NCBI GenBank assembly: GCA_973895155.1
Contig: OZ316894.1
Coordinates: 6,058,368-6,122,367 of the forward strand
Origin: Marsupella aquatica
Lineage: Eukaryota > Plantae > Marchantiophyta
Length of the DNA: 64,000 nt
Direction of reading: 5' to 3'
Position 1 is the stretch's first letter; each line of letters opens with the position of its first letter. The translations under genes and the position numbers were made by a program. Under the pieces are notes generated by a model that worked only from the letters and a program-made list of their open reading frames with translations, did not search any database and was not told the origin of the DNA. Shown here one piece after another: positions 26,754 to 37,899 of this stretch.

Positions 26754-28061
26754 ATGGCCTTAGCGACCCTTTCGTTGCCCTTGCTATCTTGCAGCTCGTG
26801 GAAAGCTTCAAAGAGACTTGTTCCCAAGCTCTCGAACTCCTTCTTCGTCCCTGCCAGATCCTCGCCGCTCCTTCATGAATCACTGACATCAACTCCTTCT
26901 TCCTCTTCTCCTCGTCCGGGCAATTTGTGTTTAAACAAAACCTGTAAAGTCAGAGCTCCTATCTCAATAACCTTACAAATGGGTGAAGTGGCCACGGCTG
27001 ATCAGTCTTCAGCACCTCAGTTCAACGAGCTCGAAGGCGAGCTTCGTACAGTGGTCGAATTCGTCATCCCGCCCGAATCGTTGGCTGGCTTCTATGCTGA
27101 CTATGAGAGAGTCTCTGCGAAGTGGCCAGCGGATCTCGCGTCGACGACAGATGACGCCAAGTTCGAGCAATTTGTGAGCTCGTCGCACGCCCTGGCCCGG
27201 CGATGGCTTCCCGAGGACTTGGTTTCGAGACTGGAGCGCTTCATGTACGATTCGGCAGAAGTGCCAGCTCTCGTGATCAGAGGCCTGCCCATTGACAAAG
27301 ACTTGCCGCCAACGGAGCATAATTCGCACCTCAAGAAAGTGGGAAAGTGCGTGAGCGAGGCTTGGCTGATCGGCATTGGGAGAATTGTGGGGCAGGTCTT
27401 TACACTGGACTTTACGCAAGGGTCAAGGTCTGGGATGGGGCTCCTGGTCCGGGAGATTTACGCGACTGAGGACAAAGTGCACGAGGTGAGTCCGGAAGGT
27501 AGCCGGATAATGCTCGACATGCACGTCGATTTCTTCCAAACCGCCCCACAGAAATTCCCCCACATCCTCGTATTCATTGGAATCAGAGGAGATCCTGACA
27601 AAACGGGGAAGACTCTCCTGTGCAACAACCGGAAGCTGTACCGAATGCTTGACCCGGCGGACATCCAGTTGCTGCGCACTGAGAAGGTCGTCTGGGATAT
27701 GGGCAGGTTTCAATTTTCAGCATATGTGATCGAAGGCTCTGAAAGCGATCCCAAGTTCAACATCTTCGAGGAGAATGTTCCCTTTGTGGGAGGCTTTGAT
27801 GCTGTGGTGAGGGGTAGCCCTGAACTCCGGGCTGCCTACAAGCGGGTCAAGGAAGCTGGCGCCACACTTTCGGAGGGTGTTTGGCTAGGCGGTGGTGATG
27901 TGCTATTATTAAACCAGAAGAAGGCAGCGCACGGCCGAAGTCCTTACGCTCCCAGGTTTGACGGCAATGACAGATGGTTGCAAAAAACATTCGTCAACAG
28001 TGGAGGATTCTGGGAGGCCGGGTTCACTCAGTGGCCTAGCCGGACTCTACCCGTTGCATAA
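26754..28061 (+). CDS. Clavaminate-synthase-like / TauD-TfdA family Fe(II)/2-oxoglutarate dioxygenase with a putative plastid transit peptide; intronless
   Basis: 435-aa ORF with a Ser-rich, acid-poor N-terminal ~70 aa, ALVIRGLPIDKDLPPT, metal ligand motif MHVDFF and C-terminal DVLLLNQKKAAHGRSPYAPRFDGNDRWLQK. The last matches the CAS/AsnO/VioC-type H-x-R...P-R-x-D-G-x-D-R-W-L signature. Confidence 0.9.
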   Translation: MALATLSLPLLSCSSWKASKRLVPKLSNSFFVPARSSPLLHESLTSTPSSSSPRPGNLCLNKTCKVRAPISITLQMGEVATADQSSAPQFNELEGELRTVVEFVIPPESLAGFYADYERVSAKWPADLASTTDDAKFEQFVSSSHALARRWLPEDLVSRLERFMYDSAEVPALVIRGLPIDKDLPPTEHNSHLKKVGKCVSEAWLIGIGRIVGQVFTLDFTQGSRSGMGLLVREIYATEDKVHEVSPEGSRIMLDMHVDFFQTAPQKFPHILVFIGIRGDPDKTGKTLLCNNRKLYRMLDPADIQLLRTEKVVWDMGRFQFSAYVIEGSESDPKFNIFEENVPFVGGFDAVVRGSPELRAAYKRVKEAGATLSEGVWLGGGDVLLLNQKKAAHGRSPYAPRFDGNDRWLQKTFVNSGGFWEAGFTQWPSRTLPVA

Positions 28062-30207
28062 TTCTACCAACATAATCCGAGTCTTGGATTAAATTGGGAG
28101 AATAGTGTCGACTCGGATTAAACTGGGAGAGTAGTGTAGAGTTGGAGATTTGCATAATCTGGCAGGATTATGTAGAATGGAAAGCAGAATGTAACATTTT
28201 ATTAGCGAATTGGCCGCGAATTGGCAATAAAATTTTGATGGCGAAATGTCGACGGTTGTTTCATCGCCCGTGCCCTCAAGAGGAGAGTTCAGTACATGGC
28301 ATGCTAAAGAGTTCGCTGTGTAAGTGACGCAAAGAATAGGAACTTGCTGAAGGAACGCTGAAGTTCTCCCGAGAGCTTTCCCTTTAGTCGCACTCAGTCT
28401 CTGACTTTCCATATTGAGAATTCTTGTCCATGGCTGATTTGTTTGTGACAATCCAGTAAGAGAATCCTTCCCCGTCGTTGATTTGTTCTTGATAATTCTG
28501 TGAGGTGTCGAGGTTGGTGAATTGGGCTCTGTTGCAAACATCGGCCTTCAAACCAACACAATGGGACTTCCAAGTCAGGAAAATCGGTTTAAATTGAGAA
28601 TCAACACCACCACACCTTCGTCGGTGATTTGGAAGAGATCCATTTCCACTTCGCAAACCATCAGCATCGTTCACTCTTAGTGCTAGGGCGGTGGTTGTCT
28701 CCTTTGTCTCCTTTCCTACCTTCACAACAGGAGTAAATGGCTGTCAAGTAAAGCTCCCAAGTTGCGAACTGATGAATGTTGTGTGTGATGAATTCCAGAG
28801 TAGAGTCCGAGGTTTGCATTTTTTTTATCTCGTTCTGCTCTACAAAATTCTGATTCGGAAGTCTAGTTCTGTTATACTGGACTTTGAGTCTAAGTCTGAG
28901 CACGCAATTGTTTACATAGTGCTACAATTAATTCCTGGACTTGTGGACATTCGCTATATTCTACTATTGGGGTACAGGGTTGAAAGGCTTCGGTGTTTTG
29001 TGTGAGAAGGACACCTTTCACGCTGTTGTCTATTGTGGGCAGGGGAAAAAAGGTTGGCTGGGTCTTGTTATGCTTTGAACACACATCTCTCCATTTATCA
29101 ATGATATAATCGATTTCGTGATGTCTACATCGCCAGGCGCTCCATGTTTAAACCCAAGCGAGATTCATTCCTCTCGTTAAAGGAGAAGTGCAACGCCACG
29201 TTTTGCTACTATACTGTACTCAGAGCACACGATGATGGTTAAGTCCTTCAGAGTCTTTCCAATCCCACTCGGCCCATACACCAAAACCTAGACTATCTTC
29301 ACAGACACAAGATCCATAGATTCAAAAATGTTCTCTCATTTACACAGAGCTCAGGTAAGATTATTTGAGGAAAAAATTGAGTTGAGTTAGAAGTAGCGAA
29401 CAGCAGCCTAAACGAATAGTAGTGAAGCACTTCATTGAAGCGCTAATTCTTGGGAATAAGTGAGAAGAAATTACCTCTTCTCAGGAAGAGACATACTCAC
29501 TTTGTCCAGGAGATTGAATTGTGTCCCAGGAGGACGGAAATATACTCTTCAACCTTCGCATCCAAATAACAGGAGCCAAGAAAGAAGTGCAGACAAATCA
29601 AGTGACTGGAAGAACAAGACATAGATAACGTCTGTGTCTATACGATACCAAAGCAAACACGAAAGCTATGTAAAATCAAGGACGACGGGCATGCTTCCAA
29701 ACCTTGCGCTACTTCTGCATATGGAATTGCCTCTCCTGCATCGTAACAGTGCTTGAGAGATGTAAACAGTGCATATCTCTGGGAACCTCTCTTTCAGAAG
29801 TATACTCCCAAGCCCCAAGAGAGGATTGAGAGAGAGCAGATAGTCGTCAATGAAAAACGGAGGGAGCTCCCCATGAAGATAAAAGTTTCTGTAAATTACT
29901 TTTCTCAGAAAACTGCGTCGAAGGGAGCAGATGTCATCAAAACACAGAAAACGAGAAGGTCTAGCAAGAAATTTGTGTCATTCTCTTCTCAAACCAGGGC
30001 AATAATACACGACTGAACAAAGGTTGTTCAAAAAAATATTTCTTCACTTTCCAACAGAACGAGTAACTTTGCAATTTCATTGTAGCGCAATCTGTTTGTG
30101 CGTGAGAAGTGTGGTCAAATCTGAAGTGCATATGTACTGCGAAGTTAAGGGATGAAAAGCAAAGATGTCGTACTAGGAAAGTAACCGTCCACGGAGAAAA
30201 AACAAAT

Positions 30208-30807
30208 CTACAAAGTACGTTCGACGTCAGCAGACAATTGTCTCAACCATAGACTCGCTGCAGGGGTCGAAATGGAGCCCGCCGTCTCCTGCAAATCCTG
30301 TAACTCTTGTCTCGTGAAGTTCTTGTGCAGTTCTGCATTTGCTCCTTCGTGAGCATGCAGCAACTCAAAGTAACCGTCTGGTGGCAAGGTTGGCATAAAC
30401 GCTTGTTGACATACCTCACGAACTTGATCCATTTTAAATGAGATCTCGGAAACACTCTGCTTAGGCTCCCCCTTCTTCACACGTCGTAACAGCTCCCGTG
30501 ATTCAGTGATGAAATCTTGACAGGGACTATAACCCTTGGTCCTGTATGCCATATTGAGAGCTGTCGTAGCTGTTCTCACAGCAGCCTTTCCTTCCCTTGT
30601 GCTGAGCCAATCTTGCAATAACCTTCTCATCACGACTTGTACAAACCCAGTCCGATAAAACTCAGCTTGGAGTGCATCAAACCGATCCAACGCTCCACTA
30701 CATGAACCAGACTCCTTCTCTTGATCCCTGTTCTCCCTATCCTTCTTAAGATCAATTTCCGAAACTTTTCTAACTTGGCCTATCTCGAAAGCTGTACCCC
30801 TCATCAT
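30208..30807 (-). CDS. Unknown helical protein (199-aa ORF; possibly first exon of a spliced orphan gene continuing toward ~28384)
   Basis: Long ORF with protein-like composition, conserved as a fragment at 55580-55894. A possible donor GAAC|GTACTT lies at about 30219 and candidate downstream exons at about 29703-29888 and 28384-28740, but phases were not resolved. Confidence 0.45.
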   Translation of the reverse strand: MMRGTAFEIGQVRKVSEIDLKKDRENRDQEKESGSCSGALDRFDALQAEFYRTGFVQVVMRRLLQDWLSTREGKAAVRTATTALNMAYRTKGYSPCQDFITESRELLRRVKKGEPKQSVSEISFKMDQVREVCQQAFMPTLPPDGYFELLHAHEGANAELHKNFTRQELQDLQETAGSISTPAASLWLRQLSADVERTL

Positions 30808-32833
30808 TTTTTCTTCTTCTTTGGTGGGGTCCCGTGTGAGACAAGGTCCACTACAAAAGTAGAAATTGTTCCACGCTTGTTTGACACCTACGCAAAGTGT
30901 TTAAAGTGTCAAAACAAGACAGAATTTCCGAGCCGTAGCGAATTGAACAGAATCACAAAGACATGCGTGTCAATCTCAAGTACCGTGGCAACTTGGGAAG
31001 AACATCACCCCGAAACGACATGGCAGCTGACATTACAAAAAAACCTGAAACGAGGGCCGACCTTCGCGAGCTCGGATGAAGCTTGGATGAAAATTGTGAG
31101 AGAAGAAGAGATGAAAGGAAAGCTTGAGAAAAGGAATGAAATAGCTTTAGGAGACTCTGTTTGGTCCCTTTCTATAAAAAGTGTGTATATTGGTTTTAGG
31201 AGAACAAGCCCATTATAATGACGGCACTGCGATGGGGGGCCGACCTGCCGGGACTGGTAAAGCACTGGTACATGTGTTTCAAACTGCCAAAAAAACCCAA
31301 AAACAAAGAGCAACAAAACCCCTCGGGCAAGAAACCCAATAAGGGAGAAAAAATAAAGGGCCAAAAAGCCAAAGGACTGGGAGACAAAACCCCTCAGGCA
31401 AGAAACCCAATTAAGGAAGAAACAGGAAAGTGCCAAAAAACATACAGACGTGTCTCTAAACCCTCACCCTCGATATCTCTTTCCTCCTCTACAACTTTTC
31501 TTTATCCTTAGATCATTTTTCATCTCGTCATTTTTTTTTGTTTTCAGCATCTTTTTTTAGTATTCATTTCTTTCTCTCATCTTGACATCTTTTTCCTCTG
31601 ATTAACACTTTTTTTTATCTAATCATCCTTTCTTCACCTTGATATCTTTTGTAACCTCAAACATCACGTTGATATCTTTTGTAACATCAAACATCTTTTG
31701 TGTAACTCACATTGTCTCTGATTAACACTTTTTTTCTTTCAAAAGATTTTCTCTTATCTTTTGTGTAACGCACACACCTCGGGCTAGTTCAGTATAATTG
31801 AACCATCTAGTAAAAGTAAAGTGGTTACCCACGGGTTACCTTAGTTCCGCACAAAACTTACACAAAACTTAAGCATAACTGAAAACAATGAAGGCGGCAA
31901 AATAGCGGGCGGTCGTCAGATATATCGGGCTTCCACATCAAAACTTCGTGTGATGACGGGCCTGTTTACGTTGCCGGGTCTCCCGGTGGAGATGCCCTAA
32001 AGCTTAGAACGAACCATAGGACGCCGATAAGTAGGTTGAAATCTGTTCTACAGCTTCGGGCACGGATTTCATCAGTTGATCGCGGATCATTGCTGGAGGC
32101 GAAGAGGTACAGTATTCGTGATAGATTTTTTCTGAAGTATTTCAACCTGTGGATTCATGTCGGGATGATGTGTGCACTGTAGAGCGCTTGATGGCTTTTC
32201 GTTGCTAAATTCTGTCAGCGCTCTAGGGCTGTTTGCTTGTCGATGCCATGCGATGCGATGCGAAGGTTTTCGTGACGTGCTAGATAGCGTAGAATTGATC
32301 GGTATTTCGGGGTGTTGGGGGATGAAAGTATTGTGGTTTGTGACTCCTGTTCAGGGAATGGTGCTTGAAATGTTGTTTTAGAAATCAGAGAGGGAACTTC
32401 TGCCTTCGCATCTGTCCAAGGCGCTGAGGGTGCAAAGGGGTGCCGTGCCCGTGGAGATGCGGTTGACTGGATAGTCCAAAAGGTTCGCATTCGGGCTTTA
32501 GGTTTTATTATGGTGTTATTCTGCATCCTGATTAGTGTTCTAGAATCTACTTTTTGTATCTGTCTTGCCTTTTTTCTTTGTATGGTTCTTCTTGCTCCTC
32601 TTGAAGCTTTCATCATGGCTGGTCTATTTCCTGTTCAGTTCTGGACACTTTTTCTCTTCCTTGTTTGACTTGTAAATCTCTCCAGAATTGTCAATGGTAG
32701 GAGTTCTTCGTACTGGGATTGTGACCCTTCTGCTTGCGTTCATTTTCGCTGATTAGTCGATTGTATGTGGCAGTTTGATTTTAAGAGCTAGCGGAAGAAC
32801 ACACCGAGGGGGGTGAGCCTGTAATTGGGCAAG

Positions 32834-34996
32834 ATGAACAAGTTTAATTTGCCCAGGCGGAACATCGCCAGAGAGCGCCGGGCGAAGCGCGCAGAACGGC
32901 GCAAATCGCAGAGTGGCAACCCGTCGTTGAAAGTCAGTCCAGTGAAAACGAAAACCTCGATTTCCGGCAAGAAGCAGCGCAAGCAACTCAAGAAATGGCA
33001 AAAGGTACAGCAGATTTGTCACCCCGTCTGTCCAAAATTTCGTGGAACTGGAGGTGGGGGCGTTTGCGAGAAATAACCTCATAATGGACCTGATGAATGT
33101 CCTATTCCATTCGGGCGCCTTGGCTACTGTCTTGGTCTGGGCGTCGTACCACATTGATGCCCTTAAACCCTAATCAGCTCTGAGAGAACTTCAAGTGCCA
33201 AGTTGTGCGGTGGTGTATTGATTAATCAATCCCTTCCGCTTTGTCACCATCGGCTAGACGGAGACCAGGATTTTTCTTACATGTCTTACCTTTGAACTTT
33301 GAGGGAGCCCAGTTGTGCCGATTTGAGGTCGAGATTGCGTTTTCTGAGGTGACCAACAGGTCCTAGTAGTGCGAGGGAAGGGTCTTTTTAGCATATTCTC
33401 GTTGTTTCGCTGTTTGCCAATGCATTATTGCGTCACCTGCCATATGTTCGAATTGTTCTCAACATCTTTCGACCATGGCAGTAGAAAATAGATGCACTCA
33501 AATAATAATTATTAGGATTATTAGAGTTCATTTACGTTGCCGTATGCAACCATGAGAATAACAACCTCCTCCCTTCATTTTGTTTTGGTGAAGGCACTGT
33601 GACTTCAATAATTTTAGGGCCCTATAATGTGCATGCTCACGTAAATGAATCTATGTCGTTGGTACTAATTCCCCACAAATTACATGAAAGTATTTCGGAA
33701 AGCTATCTACATCTAGACTATGATATGGGAAAGATGAAAGTCAAATCAACAATGAACTCAAGTCCCTCGAAAGTAGAGCATCTCCTCCCCTTGTTTCTCT
33801 TCTTTGTCTAACTCATGTTGCGACGGTGGTCATTACGTCTTTAGGTCGGCAGGTTGCATCTGAAGCTGTAGATGAAATTAGAACAGTGAACCCACCTTTA
33901 ACTCATTAGACTTCTAAGCTGCCTGGTAGGTTTACACAACAATTGTCGTAACATCTGGTTGGTTTTCCCCTCATGGCCCGAGCCTGGGTTGACACAACAA
34001 TTGTCGTAACATTTTTCGGTTTTATTTACCGATGTTTTGTCGTCAACGTTTTAGGGGCCGCCTTGAATATGTACTTGGTGATACCTGGTTTGATGCGAGT
34101 AAAGAGTGGAGACACAAACTTGTTCTGTCACTGCAGGCACAGCGGCAGGCTTTGGAGAGTGGTTTGGTAACTATGGAAGATATTGAGATGATGGCTGCTG
34201 ATGGGGAAGGTGAATCTTCATGAATTTTGCTCAGATTATTTCTGAAATAGTAGTGGCTAGCTTGTTGGCCTTTCCAAGTGAAGCGTTAACTTCTGATGAA
34301 GAGCGATGATGAGAATTGCTTTGTTATTAGACCTCTTCTAACCTCTTCTGGAAGATGCGCAATACTCGTAGAATAGTGCTGTCGTTATTGAAAACTCCAA
34401 GTCATGAGACTATCGTTAGTTTCCAACTTATTGCTCATTGATGGGGACAACAAAAAAAAACGCGACGACGGTGGTTACTGATTGTTTTGATTACAGCTGG
34501 AGAAAGCTCTGACGTGGCCAAGAGCAAGACAAAGAAAAATAAGCGAGTCTTTGCTGTGAAGAAAAGAGCTAAGTTGAGACTGAAGCTGACTGGTTCACTG
34601 AAAGGTATGTTGGCTTCTAATTCGGTCTGAAGTAAGATGTCCTGATTGAGGGTATCCCATTAATGGTGCTGGCTACTTATTGTTGTCGCAAGCAGATTAG
34701 CAACTGTTTACTAAGTTGTATCTTAGACTAGCACTTGACGAGCGATTGCTAGCCCCTACGAGAAAAAATGTTTGCTCCGACTCGTGTGGGCTGAGCTGCA
34801 GATTCGCTAAATCATGGATTTCAAAGTGTCGGGAATTTGGGTGACGTGTGCCCCGGATGTAAATGTTGGTTTGAATTTAGGTGGCGTTCGTAACCACGTC
34901 CTCTCATACTGCTTTTGATCTTTGCTTTTGTGTTCAGCCAAGTCAAAAGGAGAGCGTTCTCCAGCAGATGCAGATGGCGATACAATGATGCAATGA
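32834..34996 (+). CDS. Small basic conserved protein (136 aa), Alb1/C11orf98-like putative pre-60S ribosome biogenesis factor
   Basis: Exons 32834-33004, 34137-34209, 34497-34604 and 34938-34996(TGA) join in frame (411 nt): MNKFNLPRR...TSISGKKQRKQLKKWQK-AQRQALESGLVTMEDIEM... A probable 5' UTR intron starts at about 32107; a telo-box AAACCCTAA lies in intron 1. The family assignment is from memory of the SGKKxRK motif. Confidence 0.8.
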
Positions 34997-35895
34997 TTCA
35001 AATATTCTTAAAAGATCTAGTTAAAGTAGGGTACGGTTTTCAGCATAGAAATTGTATGGCATAGTTTGGAGATCAAGTAAATGCGACTCGACGCTGCAGG
35101 TGGGCAAACTAGGGTGGAGAAGAGAAATTGGGGACCTTGATGACCACACATTTGGTTCTCAAATTTGGCTTTGGAATGGTTGTTGATGGTGCGTGTGGAT
35201 GTCTATTGTTAATAGGCACATGAGTCATGAGAGGGGAAGCTTCTTTGGGGCAGTGCGGAATTATCCATTTAGGTAGTCAGTGTCCTCCCCGACTTGAGAG
35301 AGTAGCGAGGGAGTAATGGCTGGGTTGGTGGAATGACAGCTTCGGAACAGCGTAGTGAATTCTCAAGTAATGTCTGAAGGCTGGGCAATCGTATATTCTT
35401 TACTACAATCGATTCGTCTTTTCGGGAAAGTTCTCATATTCTCGTTTCTGCCGAGTGATGAGCTGTCCTGACAATTTTCATGATGTCGTAAGGCCTTGTG
35501 TGTTTTCGCACTGAGTAAATTCTTACAGTAAGCCCCCCAGTCTTGAAGGATAACAATCCAGGGGTACTTTGAAATTTTTTCCTGTTCAAGTTCCGTGTGC
35601 AACACATGACCTTTCCGAACCTCCCTATCCTTGGGCTTTGAATTTACTATACACGTAACACCCCCTTCCCCCAACCTTTTAGCATGTGTTGGACCTTTGG
35701 TACTCGCTCCCGTGTAACCTATGCATCTCTCACAAACAGTTTTGTGATTTTCAATTTTTGTCTCAACTCGTCTTTAGAGTCCTCAACCTTCCCATCACGT
35801 TCTTTCTGTCTAGGTATAAAGCTGAAATACAATCCGAAAGAGTTGTCCCTTTCTTCTTGCATGTGAGATACAACGTTTGATCTGGGGCACTGAAG

Positions 35896-36495
35896 GAATG
35901 ACATTCAACCTCGCACAGGCTCCAGGCACACCTATTGTCCGTTCACAAGCACGCAAAAACATTTACTGGAATGACATTCAAAACTTGCACAGGCTCCTGG
36001 CGCACCTAGAGTCCATCCACAAGTACGAAACACATTTACGGGAATGACGTTCAAAACTTGCAGAGGCTCCAGCCACACCTATTGTCTGTCCACGAGCACG
36101 GAAACACACTTGAGGGAACAGTTTGTGGCGGCCAAAATGCTGTCAAGCACAGGCCAAACTAGCCAGTTGGTCCTTTGTCAATCCCCACGCTCTTTGCCTT
36201 TCTCATTGCTTGCACTTGCCACCGTAATCTATCTCCTTCCCACCACACTTTAAAATGCATTGGAAAATCATTCCTTGGGCACCGAAGGAAGGATTTCACC
36301 AAACAAGGTTGCAGGATTTCACCCTTCAGATAGAGTTTCCCAGAACACTTTAAAATGCATTCGAAAATCATTCCTTGGGCACTGAAGGAAGGATTTCACC
36401 AAACAAGATTGCAGGATTTCAAAATGCATTCGAAAATCATTCCTTGGGCACTGAAGGAAGGATTTCACCAAACAAGATTGCAGGATTTCACCATT
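35896..36495 (+). repeat. Two adjacent minisatellites (3x ~72 bp and 3x ~70 bp)
   Basis: GGAATGACRTTCAA..TYGCA.AGGCTCC..CACACCTA.TGTCC x3 (35896-36110); AAAATGCATT.GAAAATCATTCCTTGGGCAC.GAAGGAAGGATTTCACCAAACAAG.TTGCAGGATTTCA x3 (36252-36490). Confidence 0.85.
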
Positions 36496-36890
36496 CAGAG
36501 TGTCTTTGGTACCTACTGTTGCACATTTGCCTGACTCAATTTAGACCCACATTTCATCTGACCTGCTGATTTTAGAAGAAAGCTTCACTTTTGAAAACAA
36601 GGCCCCAAGTAGTTTTTCCAGAAACCTGGAATGTAAAATGTTGGTTTTTGGTGTATTTATTTGAAACAGTTTTTAAAATACTTTGCCACTAAAGATATTC
36701 TAATTGATAATATTGCCACTTTTTTTTTGTATTTATAAAATTTAAACGGTTTCATATATGGATGAAAATTTTACCAAGGTAACTAGGGGAACTATATACG
36801 AAAATCGTGGCATTTATGTAAATACAAGAAAAATAGTGGTAGTATTGTAAATTCAAACATTTTAGTAACAATGTACTCAAAAGCTGTTAT

Positions 36891-37225
36891 TTACGGACCC
36901 CACTAGATGTCCTTTCCAAAATTCCTGGCACCAGAGCGTGCCACGTCAACAACAACCGCCACAAACAAGACTCGTCGATTTTGTGAATCAAACTTACAGT
37001 TTTCCTTCGTGTTTGCGTCAATTTGGATGTAAATTTTGGGACGCCATGCCGTAAAAAGAAATGTAAAATAATTAGAAATGCAAAAAGCAAGACGGTTAAA
37101 ACTGTCACTATGTAACCGTTTTAGTTACATTTCCAATTTTAAAACTTCAATTCAAAGATTTATAAAAAGTATTTTTCATATAATAAATAATGGCTAGTAA
37201 CTAACTTGATAACTTCCTTGTTAAA
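36891..37225 (+). repeat. Dispersed repeat, copy 2 (see 8341-8675)
   Basis: Near-identical to 8341-8675; both give the same spurious minus-strand ORF MTVLTVLLFAF... Confidence 0.85.
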
Positions 37226-37899
37226 GGGTAATTGGCACCTGGGGTAAGATTTCCGGCCCAATGCAATCAAGGGAAACTGCTAGCCATGGTCCGAACTTGA
37301 ACATTGAACGACCTGGTACAATTCAATTGATCAGACATTCATCTAATTACAAATGGATTTGTCACACATTGAATTTTGACTCTTGTAGCTTGAGAATGTG
37401 GTAGCATGTAGTGAAAAAACTTGATTTTGACAACTCCTTGTGATAACCATGCTGTCAATTAGCCAAGGGGTCCGCAAACTAATTGGAAAGCTTTTGGAGA
37501 TCTGTTTAAGCTCCAATTTCTCAAACATGTTCTCTGATGTCCAATCTCATTTACTCCATTGTCAATGAGTGCAAAAATGGTCAAATACTATAATCCAACT
37601 ACCGTTCAGTTTTGTGACGGACAACCGGAGTAGTTTGGGCATGAGCAACTACTTACCACGTTGTGAAGGACGCCCTTGAGCAGTTTGTGCATGAGTAGCA
37701 ACTTAGCACTATGTAAACTCCAAGTGAAATAGTAAAGAGTGCTATGAGAGCATTTTGATGCTCTGAGTCAGTCCACCACTGACAACTTTGGAAAACCATG
37801 GGGGCTTCACAACCAACCCCTTGGTCGGTCCAAGCTTCATATTCTCATTTGTGAGCTGCAGGAAATTTTATATCCCAATTCAGTATCCTGAATTAATTC

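Noticed and set aside
31170-31788. Possible Helitron ending in a small hairpin plus CTAG|T at ~31788
   Set aside because: The hairpin is weak, and there is no convincing A|TC 5' end or empty site for comparison.
33090-33183. Possible intronic C/D box snoRNA (TGATGA...CTGA)
   Set aside because: No terminal stem and no rRNA-complementary guide that I could recognise; snoscan would be needed.
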